64,000 nucleotides of DNA from Guillardia theta CCMP2712. Its lineage: Eukaryota; Protista; Cryptophyta. Below are positions 28,201-38,929 of the stretch, piece after piece. Position 1 is the first letter of the stretch. The number at the start of each line of letters is the position of its first letter. The DNA lies in contig NW_005434649.1 of NCBI RefSeq assembly GCF_000315625.1, forward strand, positions 124,001 through 188,000. The letters run 5' to 3'. The notes beneath the pieces are model-generated. The model did no database searches. It saw nothing but the letters and a program-made list of their open reading frames with translations, and was not told where the DNA came from. The translations under genes and the position numbers were made by a program.

Positions 28201-31200
28201 GAGCTCGGTATGGCCGTCTTCTCCCCCATCCATGAAGTAGTGTACGTGTTTCATCCGGACGTGGTGAACGCGCAAATTTCATACACAGAGTTCAATTTGA
28301 GCACATTGCTGGATGAGACAACAATGTTTGCAAGGTCAAAGGAGGTGTCTTTGGAGACTGGTCTTGGCTCAAACGCGTTCAAGGTCACAAACTTGGAATT
28401 TGACAAGACAACAGGAACTATCATGGGCATGCTTGCGGGTATCAACTGCTCAGATGCTCGCGTGATCATCATCGACCCTTCAGCTTTGCAGATCCAAACG
28501 CAGAAGATCGGAAACTTTCAGCTCGCGTCCAACGTGAGAGCTTGGGATGCGATGAACAGACTGTTTTACGCGATGGTGGTGAGGGAGGAGGAGCAGGTGA
28601 TAGCAGTCAAGATTGACTCCTCGACTCGATCGACATGTGAGGAGGTGGGCGGGTTCTGTCAGGTCACGTCACACCAGCAGGTCTTGTGCTACTATGAGCT
28701 TGGGGTGGGGCAGCCGCTGCCTAACAACACTTGCTTTGCGGCAGACCTGCAGATGAAGAGGATGAGCAGCCAACTGTACTTGTTGCATGGAAGCAAGGGA
28801 GAGGAGCTGTGCTTGCACGCTAAAGTGCTTCATGGTCCTGTCCTAGACAACGTACGGGTGATGTCATACTTCAGGGAGATGGACTCTGTTGTTGTCGTGC
28901 AGGAGGACATGTGGAGCAACTCATATGGCAACAAGGCAAACGGAATGACACTCTTCGACCTCGACAGAGTTTCATGGACCAAGTTCTTTGATCTCAGTGC
29001 AGATTCATGCCATGAATTTGCAATCGACGTACAATCTTCAGCATCGATACAGGCAATCAACGCTTCTAAGACACCGCTGGCTTCCTTCCCCTCGGAGAAC
29101 ATAATTCCGGAGTACTTTGCAGCTCTAGAGTCGGCAAATACCATCATCTTCAAGGATGACGATCAACTCCTGCACACTTACACGTGGAGCCAGATTGATG
29201 GAACTCTGAGAAAAGGCGTCACTAGCATGCCCGTTTCGCAGCTTCGGAGCTTGCTTCCCATCGATGACCTGCAGATGATGGTCACTCCACAGGTCTCAGA
29301 CGTCGCTCCGACGTGCATCTCCACGGCAGGGAACGGCAACTTGACCCTCTACGGGAGAAACTTCGGCGTTGAGGACAGCAGGCCTACCATCTACATCGAC
29401 GGCCTCCCTTGCGCGGACTCAGCCTGGGTATCTGAAAGCGAGCTCGTCTGCAAGGGCATACCCCCCAAGATGACCGACGCTGCCATCGGCATCACCGACG
29501 GTCACGTGACCTTCGAGGCGCTGAACCACGTAGCGCACTTCTCCAACATCCTTCGCTATGTTCCTCCTCGAGGGAAGCAGGAGCTCCTGTGCTGCCCCAA
29601 GTGCGACATCCAAGTGACGGTCGTCGCCTGTTACAGCAACAACCCGAAGCTGATCAGCCAGTTCCTTGAACAGATGCAGAGGTGGCAGCAAACATACAGG
29701 GAGGAACCGCTGGATTTATTCAGCGTTCCGTCGGAGAAGTTCAAGTTTGACTTGAAGCAGGGAGAGCCAAACTTGGTCGAGCAAGGTTCGATGCGGATAA
29801 CCCCTGAACTCTACCTGGAGTTCAAGATAGGCAGTTCTAACTGGGGAGAGGCTGAGTTCACTATGAGGATAGAAAACGATTTCTTCTTTGAACCCATTCC
29901 TTTCATCATTCAAATCGACAAGCCCGCGCTAATGGACGCGGTGTTTGAGGACGGGACCAAGAATCTCACTCGTTGCTACGAACCGAACTTCAACCTGACG
30001 ATCTTTGTATCGAACCTTCCTGAGATCTCCAACCATTTCTGCAGCTTTCTTGACATCATCATGCCGATGGGTCCCATCAGTGATCTGACCTTCTCCTTTT
30101 CCCTCCAAGGCGACCGATGCATTGGGCTGGTCGCGGGGCAGTTCCTAGTAGACGGACTCTTCGACCTCGAGGTTCGGGTCTCAAGTAACTTCAGCCTGTC
30201 GAATTCAAGCAGCCAGTGCACTAACGTTCCGACCAACCAGAAGATCCCTCTCCTCTCTGTGCAGTTCACCAAATCTCCTCAGTTCGTCATCGATCTCAGC
30301 CGTCAGTCAGGAGAAGTTGCGCTGCTGAGGGCGGACGGCAGGACAAGAGTGGAGCTCTCGCGAGGGGCCGGGGCCATCATGGTCGACGGTTTTGTCACCA
30401 ACTTCTCCAGCAGCCCCAGCGTGAGGGACTTAAGGCAGTACTTCAACATGACCGAGATCACTTCAAACTCGCTGCAGGGACTCCAAACTCTCCCCACCGT
30501 CTACCCTAATGGATCCCTGCTCCTTTATCCACAGCTCTTGCTTCAACAAAGCACCATCACCTCAAGGTTTCTGCTGCAAATGCTCCAAGAGAGCCAGTCT
30601 TGCGGGTTGTCTACCTCCTCGCAGGAAGTCGACGTGCTCGTGTATTCAGTGAATCAGGCTCCTTCCTTCACTCTCAACAGTCTGATGCTGAATCTTATCT
30701 TCGACATGCAGCAGTGCAATGCCTGCAGCAGAACTCAATTCATCAAGAATGCTAGCGCTGGGGACCAGGAACAATGGCAGCAACTCTCCTTCTTCATCCT
30801 GACCTCAGAGCCGTCATCGATTGTGAATGCCAGCATCGTACAGGAAGAAACCCTCCAACTCTCGATCAATCCTTGCTTCTACGGCGAGATCAGTGTCCTG
30901 ATCTGGGCAGAGGATTCTGGCGGAACGCTCTATGGGGGCACGAACAGGTCTGCCAATCATTATTTCAATATCACGGTGAACAAGTATGACCTGCACTCTA
31001 GCGGCGACGTTCAGTTGCAGTGTCCTTCCGTTGGAGTGGAAACAGCCGATTTCACCAACTACTTTGATCACTGCATGCAGATCTCTCAGGTGCATCCCTC
31101 CATCTCCAGCATCAGCAACATCAGTGACACCAACGGGAAAGTTCGGTACTCAGTGACACAGTACTTCGCATCGCAGGAGAGCATTCTTGTTTCGTTCAGA

Positions 31201-33402
31201 GACTGGATGCTGCAATCTTTCAACTTCACTCTCCTCTTGAACTGCTCTGAGCCGCAGCCCGAGCCCTCCTACCACCTGCTCCTCCCGGACATCGTCGTCA
31301 TGGAGAGCTCTGGCGTGTACAGCCCGACGCTTTTCATCTCCAACATCACATACAGCGGGTCGAAGAACGATGTTTCGTTCGCACTCAGGAATTGTACCGG
31401 TGACGTCAACATCTTTGTACGGCACCCTCAGGTCACATTGAGCTCGTCCCTAGGATACATCACTTTCGAGGTCCAGGAGTACGCCTTTGGAAGGGTGACT
31501 TGCCGGCTCTTGTTCCTTGTACAGGGGATGCGAGTGTCGGGTCAGGACGAGAATGTCACAATTCAGGTCACTCCCTACAACAATCCGCCGTACTTCAATC
31601 TCACCTCGCAGATTCAAGTCAATGAAAATTCATGGTGCGTACAGGTGGTCAGCAATCAAGATTGTTCCCCCGACTATCGCAAGAATTCGTTCTTGCACGT
31701 TCACAGGAATTTTGCATATGATATCTCTGCAGGGGACCCGTACGAATCTGCAATGGACTTGACATTCACGGACATGGGCGTTTCATTTCAGACTTCCGCG
31801 AACGCTCTGTGCGGTATGTATACGTGCTCATATCAGAGATATAGTTTTGTTGTTGAGCACGTGGATAGAAACGAAAGCGCGTTTCTGTTTGCTCAGGGCC
31901 CTCAGATCTACCCGGATGGCTCCCTCGTCTTCGTGCTGAACCAGAACGTGTTTGGCTCCACCAGCTTCAACATTACTCTGAAAGATGACGGCAACAAGTC
32001 ATCTTCAAGAGCCTTTACAGTGGAGGTGATGAACGTCAACCAGAAACCCACCTTCCACCTGCAGGCAACAGAAATTGTAGTGCAACCCTTCGCGTACCCT
32101 CAGTACTTGTCGGGATTCATGCAGGGGCTCTCGGCAGGACCTAACGAGGGATTTCAGAAGGTTTCCTTTGTCCTGACTTTGCTCGATCCTGGTGCTCCGT
32201 TTGCGCTCTTCGGATATCCCAGCTACAACAGCTCCGACCAGTCCCTTGCCTTCTGCACTTTTCATTCTCTTGAGGCGCAGGAGGCAAGGCTGCAAGTCAC
32301 CATGGTCGATGACGGCGGGGACTTCACTCATCCGTTTGCGGGAGGCGTTTTGAGCCCTTCCTCCAACTTCTCCCAACAGCTGATGACGTTCAAGTTTCTG
32401 TCTACATCACCATTCGTGTTTGACAGCTTGACTATGAAACGCCTCGACGCTTCTCCGCCTCTGCGTGCTCGATATGGGCATGCAGCTGCTTTCCACTCGC
32501 ACAGCGTCTGGATCCTGGGAGGATTCCTGGCACAGACTTCGCCTACCAGCACAGATTCCTCCTTCTCATCCGACGTCTGGAGGGTCAACCTGCAGTCTTG
32601 CAGCAGCCCCAACGCTCTGTGCCTGCTGCCTGAGCAAGTCACTGTGAAAGCATCATGGAGCAGCAGGTACAACCATGCAGCCGTCAGTCATCGTGCCGCG
32701 CTCATGGTGCTCGGAGGTCAAGCAGAGGGAGGAAGAAGCTTCAACGACGTGTGGCAAAGTTCCGATGGAGACTTGTGGACACAAGTGACTGCCAGCGCTG
32801 CCTGGTCGAGGAGGTACGGCCTGGGAGCAGCATCCGTGCTAGCATACGACACTGAGGGGAAGAAGGAATACCTCCTGGTCATGGGCGGAGCGAACTTTGT
32901 GGGAGGAGGAGTGCAGTATCACTCGGACGTATGGATCAGTGAGGATGGCTCGAGCTGGAAGGAGCTGCAGGCGCCTTGGCAGGCTCGCGCTCTTCACAGT
33001 GTCGCTGTCACCAACGTGAACTGCAGTCAGAGGATCTGGCTTGCAGGAGGCGAGGGCTCGTCGGGAAGTCTAAACGACGTGTGGATGGCTGCCCTCAACT
33101 CCTTGGGTGAGATGACGTGGACGCAAGTCACCTCGTCCGCCGCATGGAGCAGGCGATCAGGACACGCTCTAGTCGCCTTCAAGGACCACCTGCTCGTCAT
33201 CGGAGGGCGCCTGGAGGACGCGATGATCTCTAGAGAGGTCTGGGTGTCAGCCGACGGGTCAAGCTGGAGCCAGTGGTCACCTCCAGCAGGCTTCGTCAAG
33301 ATCACTCAGTTCGGGGCCGCTGTAAACAACGGGACTCAGTTGCTCATGTTCGGAGGAAGGAGCTTCAACGAGGTTGAGAACTCTTTCTGGGTAATCGAGT
33401 AG
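1298..33402 (+). CDS. Giant secreted multidomain protein (about 10,684 aa): IPT/TIG arrays, LamG/ConA-like, Calx-beta, fibrinogen-N-like, SEA-like, cadherin-like and Kelch-like domains. Exons about 1298-1622 and 1673-33402
   Basis: The ORF track shows 10,644 open codons. Dozens of TIG-type units (GxNFG...C....W.SDSSI.C..P.G.G). Canonical Calx-beta at about 8070-8360 (RVEGTDGTVILDYSTVNGTAMAGRDY). LamG-like modules start with WLDAS-type motifs. C-terminal AWSxRxxH Kelch-like blades. A GT..CTGAC..CAG intron at 1623-1672 joins an upstream exon with a hydrophobic signal in frame. The start codon is inferred. Confidence 0.9.
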
Positions 33403-33485
33403 GTCAGATAGAATTCTCTTCTTGACCAAAAAAAAACAACTTTAAATAGCTGATCCGATAGCTTTTAACCGTCTCAGTCTTAACT

Positions 33486-34920
33486 CTAGTTCAACATATT
33501 CCCTGCATAACATTCTTGAATGAGCTCAGTAAGGCTCTTGTACCGTCGTAGAGAGCTAGCATATCGAAACAGGTACCAATGAAGTCCGCCATACTGCACA
33601 TGATCCACGTACGGGATGGAGAGGTTTGAAGGTTGTTGTGCTGATAGGACGCTGAACACTTGATGCTTCGAGACAGTTGCGTTGTTGGTTCTAAGTTGGT
33701 CGGTGGTCGAAACTGAGATGAAAAGATCCATGCCCTTGTTGGGTCCGGCGACAAACTTGCCTTCCAAGAGCTGCAGAGGGTTTCAGGGAGTAAGATGAGT
33801 AGGATGATATGAATGAGTAGGATGAGAAGATTGAGAAGAATGAGTAGGATGAGAAGAATGAGAAGAATGAGAAGAATGAGTAGGATGATATGAATGAGAA
33901 GAATGAATAGGATGAGTAGGATGATATGAATGAGAAGAATGAGTTGGATGAGAAGATTGAGAAGAATGAGTAGGTGGATGAGAAGATTGAGAAGAATGAG
34001 TAGGAGTAGGATGAGAAGATTGAGAAGAATGAGTAGGATGAGAAGATTGAGAAGAATGAGGTGTTGGAGGCGGAGAAGAATGAGGTGTTGGAGGCGCATC
34101 TCAAGCAGCTTACCTGATTGGACTCGAAGGGGAAATGCTTCATAAGCTCGACCTTGACCTGACCATCCACTAGCCCGGAGTCTAGGACCGAGACTGACAC
34201 CGCCTTCACGTTCAGGTCCACACGGTTCCAGACGTACGCGATCTCATAGACTGTGACAGTCAGCAGTTGCATCGGTATGGGAGATTGTTACCGAGCCGAG
34301 CAATGAGGGAGGACAAGGACGGTAAGAGAGGGTTGAGAATATCCCAGAAAGCAGAAAAGAAGATTTCGACGCTCTGATCGATGTGCTTGCCGCTGATCTG
34401 CTGCTGGAGGTCAGGAGGCCTAGGAGAAGAGGCGTCAGACTTGGCAGGAGAACAAGAACAAGAGGACGGGAGACCTCTCAAGCTGCAAGGGGGAGGACCT
34501 GGGTGGTAAGCCTTCTCTCGTCTCAACCTTGCTGATCGCGCGATTCATGATGTCGGCGATGCTGATGTTGTTGAGGCGGAGCTGCTGCTGGTCGTAGAGG
34601 TTTGAGGTGCGGACGTCTCGAGAGCCGTCGATCTTGCGCAAGACCCTCGTCATCACCATCTGCTGCTCCTCCGCGTCCTCCACTATTCGACTCGAGTAAC
34701 CGTCGTCGTCGCTGACTTTGTTCTGAGCGACCCGAAGGCCAGTGCGTGCTGCCGCTGCTTTGATGCGCATCGCGCGAGATAGACGGCAGAAGCTGGAGGG
34801 AAGCCCAAGGGACGGGGAGGAGTGGGCCACAAAGCATGGCTGTACAGGAGACATGGAGCAGGACGGAGCAGAGTGAATGAGCATGATTAGAAGGAGAAGC
34901 CTCGCGCTGGGGTGGCTCAT
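33486..34920 (-). CDS. Multi-exon hypothetical protein with a bipartite (signal + transit-like) presequence
   Basis: N-terminus MSHPSARLLLLIMLIHSAPSCSMSPVQPCFVAHSSPSLGL followed by an S/R/A-rich stretch. Intron 33771-34113 (CAG|GTAAGC...CTGCAG) joins FESNQ|LLEGKF in frame. The other introns are not fully resolved. Confidence 0.65.
33785..34097. repeat. Intronic degenerate tandem repeat of 9-nt modules (GATGAGTAG / GATGAGAAG / AATGAGAAG)
   Basis: Directly visible; it fills the 343-nt intron 33771-34113. Confidence 0.9.
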
Positions 34921-35164
34921 GTTGAGGAAACTCGTGCTCCAGTGCAAGGGAGGGCTGAAGGAGAAGAGAAGGGCAAGGGAGGGGGGAGGGGACAGCCGGG
35001 GAGCGAGCGAGTAGCTTGAGTATGAGAGGGGACCGAGGAAGGCGCTCGGGCAACTTGGGGGAAAGCAGAACCTTCACCTTTGGGGTATGCTAAGGTACAG
35101 GGGTGATAAAGGTATAAAAGGGGGGTAGGGGGTAGTACCTGACTGGTAGCATCTCTGAAATGGG

Positions 35165-37125
35165 GACACAGGAAGAGAGAGAAAGAGAAAGAGAGACAGA
35201 GAGACAGAGAGACAGAGAAAGAGAGAGAGAAAGAGAGACAGAGAGACAGAGAGAAAGAGAAAGAGACACAGAGAAAGAGAAAGAGAGACAGAGAGAAAGT
35301 GAGAGAGAAAGAGAGACAGAGAGACGGTGAGACAGAGAGAAAGTGAGAAAGAGAGACAGAGAGACAGAAAGAAAGACAGAGACAGAGAGAAAGTGAGACA
35401 GTGAAAGAGAAAGAGAGACAGAGAGAAAGTGAGAGAAAGAGAGAGAGACAGAGAGACAGAGAGACAGAGAGAGAGAGAGAGAGAGAAAGAGAGACAGAGA
35501 GACAGAGAGACAGAGAGAGTGAGAAAGAGAGACAGAGAGACAGAAAGAGAGACAGAGAGACAGAGAGAAAGTGAGAAAGAGAGACAGAGAGACAGAAAGA
35601 GAGACAGAGAAAGAGAAAGAGAGACAGAGAGAAAGTGAGAGAAAGAGAAAGAGAAAGAGAGACAGAGAGACGGTGAGACAGGGAACGAGAAAGAGAGACA
35701 GAGAGAAAGAGAGACAGAGAGACAGAGAGAAAGACAGAGACAGAGAGAAAGTGAGAAAGAGACAGAGAGACAGAGAGACAGAGAGACAGAGAGACAGAGA
35801 CAGAGACAGAGTGACAGAGAGACAGAGAGAGTGAGAAAGAGAGAATGAGAATCGGAGATACAGAGAGAGAGAAAGAGAGACAGAGAAAGAGAAAGAGAAA
35901 GAGAAAGAGAAAGAGAGACAGAGAAAGAGAGACAGGGAACGAGAAAGAGAGACAGAGAGAAAGAGAGACAGAGAGACGAGAGAAAGAGAGAAAGTGAGAA
36001 AGAGACAGAGAGACAGAGAGACAGAGAGACAGAAAGAAAGACAGAGACAGAGAGAAAGTGAGAAAGAGAAAGAGAAAGAGAGACAGAGAGACAGAGGGAA
36101 AGAGAGACAGAGAAACGGAGAAACAGGGAGAGAGAAAGAGCGACAGAGAGAAAGTGAGAAAGAGAAAGAGAAAGAGAAAGAGAGACGGTGAGATAGGGAA
36201 AGAGAAAGAGAGACAGAGAGACAGAGATACAAAGAGAAAGAAAGAAAGAGACAGAGAGACAGATAGACAGAAAGACAGACAGAGAAAGAGAAAGAAAGAC
36301 AGAGAAACAGAGAAACAGAGAAAGCGAAACAGAGAGACAGAGAGACAGAGACAGAGAAAGAGAGACAGAGAGACAGAGAGACAGAGAGACAGAGAGACAG
36401 AGAGAGTGAGAAAGAGAGACAGAGAGACAGAAAGAGAGACAGAGAGACAGAGAGAAAGTGAGAAAGAGAGACAGAGAGACAGAAAGAGAGACAGAGAAAG
36501 AGAAAGAGAGACAGAGAGAAAGTGAGAGAGAAAGAGAGACAGAGAGACTGTGAGACAGAGAGAAAGTGAGAAAGTGAGACAGAGAGACAGAAAGAAAGAC
36601 AGAGACAGAGAGAAAGTGAGACAGAGAAAGAGAAAGAGAGACAGAGAGAATGTGTGAGAAAGAGAGAGAGACAGAGAGACAGAGAGACAGAGAAAGAGAG
36701 ACATAGAGAAAGAGAGACAGAGAGACAGAGAGACAGAGAGAGTGAGAAAGAGAGACAGGGAACGAGAAAGAGAGACAGAGAGAAAGAGAGACAGAGAGAC
36801 GAGAGAAAGAGAGAAAGTGAGAAAGAGACAGAGAGACAGAGAGACAGAGAGACAGAAAGAAAGACAGAGACAGAGAGAAAGTGAGAAAGAGAAAGAGAAA
36901 GAGAGACAGAGAGACAGAGGGAAAGAGAGAGAGAGACAGAGAGACAGAGAGACAGAGAGAGAGAGACAGAGAGATAGACAGAAAGACAGACAGAGAAAGA
37001 GAAAGAAAGACAGAGAAACAGAGAAACAGAGAAAGCGAAACAGAGAGACAGAGAGACAGAGACAGAGAAAGAGAGACAGAGACAGAGAGAATGAGGCAAA
37101 AAGACAGAGAGAAAGAGAGACATAG

Positions 37126-37173
<48 letters not shown>

Positions 37174-37181
37174 AGAGAGAA

Positions 37182-37216
<35 letters not shown>

Positions 37217-37500
37217 AAGAGAAATAGAGACTGAGAGACATAGAGACAGAGAAAGAGACAGAGAGACAGAGAGAGAGAGACACTGAGAAAGAGAAAGAGA
37301 GAGACAGAAAGAAAGACAGAGAGAAAGAGAGACAGCGAGACAGACAGAGAAAGAGACAGACAGAGAGAAATAGAGAAAGGGAAAGAGAAGAGACAAGAGA
37401 GAAAGATACCGAGAAAGAGAAAAGATAGGGAAAGAGACAGAGAGACGGGACAGAGAAAGGGGCTGAGAGACAGATAGTGACAGAGAGACAGAGAGTCAAC
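35165..37500. repeat. About 2.3-kb polypurine satellite (GAGACA/GAGAAA/GAGA units) with internal higher-order duplications
   Basis: The + strand is overwhelmingly G/A. A block of about 170 bp at 35935 recurs at 36758, and a block of about 105 bp at about 36260 recurs at about 36972. Confidence 0.95.
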
Positions 37501-37738
37501 AGAAGCAGAGAGCCGGGCGGCCAGAGCAAAACGTTCGGTCGGATCCGAAGTTTGCACGTCTCATAATGGCCTCTCAATATCACTCGGAGTCCGACGGTCT
37601 AACCTGATGGTCTCGGCGCTCTTGCCCTGAGTGACAGTGACGGTGACTTGTTCGAACTTAACTTTGAGTAAAGGCATGATGTTCGAAGTTCGGCGCGGGG
37701 GAATTGTCTATCCGATCAGCCTCGGATCAGTTAACTTA

Positions 37739-37826
37739 GGGGGACAGCAGTCTTGTCCTCGTACTGATCTTTAACTTAACTTCGAGTAAAAAATCAGTAT
37801 ACGGCGAGAAGAGACTGCTGTCCCCC
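37739..37826. other. 88-bp inverted-repeat (hairpin/MITE-like) element containing the conserved 29-bp motif
   Basis: GGGGGACAGCAGTCT (37739-37753) is the exact reverse complement of AGACTGCTGTCCCCC (37812-37826). Inner arms TACTGAT/ATCAGTA. Confidence 0.8.
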
Positions 37827-38076
37827 AAACCGTTGACTACGGCGAGTCGCCGGGATACCTTTACTACACTGACACTGGGACCGTACAGGGCCCGGCGGCC
37901 GCCGGATCATCCGACCGGCCCGCCTCTCGCACCGGCAATCACTGAGTGACCATTGAGTAACTGTCACGAGTAACAGTACAAATGATTGAAGTTCCGGGGG
38001 ACGGGACCGGACTCCTAGTGCTTGAACGGCACTACCACCGTGACAGCCTCGGAAGTTGGCAGGGCTCTGACATGAG

Positions 38077-38254
38077 TCACTACCGGTACTTGAGCCTGCC
38101 GCCGGTACATTCACTACCGCGGTAGTACCGGCATTTGAGCCTGCCGGGTACATTCACTACCGGTACTTGAGCCTGCGGCGCCGGTACATTGACTCTCACT
38201 ACCGGTACTTGAGCCTGCCGGGTACATTCACTACCGGTACTTGAGCCCCGGTAC
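38077..38254. repeat. About 5 degenerate copies of a roughly 32-bp unit TCACTACCGGTACTTGAGCCTGCCGGGTACAT
   Basis: Directly visible tandem array. Confidence 0.9.
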
Positions 38255-38630
38255 TATCTCATCACTCCCCTGTCAGCCTGTCATGGCCCATGGCATTGAC
38301 GTACAAAATCCGACCGTGTCACCAGTCAAGGAACATCAACTTGAATTTCAGGTCCGCCTCAGCATATAAACACTGAATTATGAAAGACAGCAAAGAATGC
38401 TCCCTTCTGCCTAGTTCTGAACCTGATTGCGGTTATAAAATATTAGAGTGGGGGCCCCAAATCGTTCGTCCTTTTGAGGGGTTGCTGTGGGATTCAATAA
38501 GGGGGTGGGGTAGTTGAAAGTTGCAGGAACAGGCGGGGGAGAATAGCGAAAATGACTGTAAAGAGAGGGTGGGGTACTAGTGGGTATTTCCTCATAGTTG
38601 GAAGTATGTCGGGAGGAACAAGGGGAGGAT

Positions 38631-38685
38631 CATGGCGGGAGGAACATGGCGGGAGGAACATGGCGGGAGGAACATGCGGGAGGAA
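38631..38685. repeat. 14-bp tandem repeat CATGGCGGGAGGAA x about 4
   Basis: Directly visible. Confidence 0.85.
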
Positions 38686-38929
38686 AAAGGGAAAGTGCGC
38701 AGTCTCACAGAGAGGGAGAGAGAGAGAGGGAGAGAAGGAACGAGCGAGCTAGAGGAGGTGGTGGAGGGAGGGAGGTGAAAGGAAAGGGAGGTGGGTAGGT
38801 GGGCTCGGAGGAATTGAAGGGGAGAACACAGATTGCAAGGGGACGAAGATTGTCAGATAAACAACCAAGTGTCGACATTGACATTTTAACTTATGATCTT
38901 TCCAGAATCAAGATTTCGTTCATAGTGCG

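Noticed and set aside
1608-33305. Many 60-170 aa alternative-frame and antisense ORFs inside the giant gene
   Set aside because: Expected shadows of a long coding sequence; no recognisable domains.
33491-34145. Leu/Ile-rich 202-aa 'membrane protein' ORF
   Set aside because: Translation of the intronic 9-nt repeat.
35165-37500. Telomere interpretation of the GA tract
   Set aside because: Internal position, heterogeneous units, no fixed telomeric repeat.
34917-37583. 768-888 aa Ser/Leu-rich ORFs and Arg/Glu-rich ORFs
   Set aside because: All three minus-strand frames are open only because the GA satellite lacks stop codons; these are not genes.
37655-38254. CRISPR-like reading of the 29-bp paired motif and the 32-bp array
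   Set aside because: At most two copies per locus or no unique spacers, no cas genes, and a eukaryotic context.
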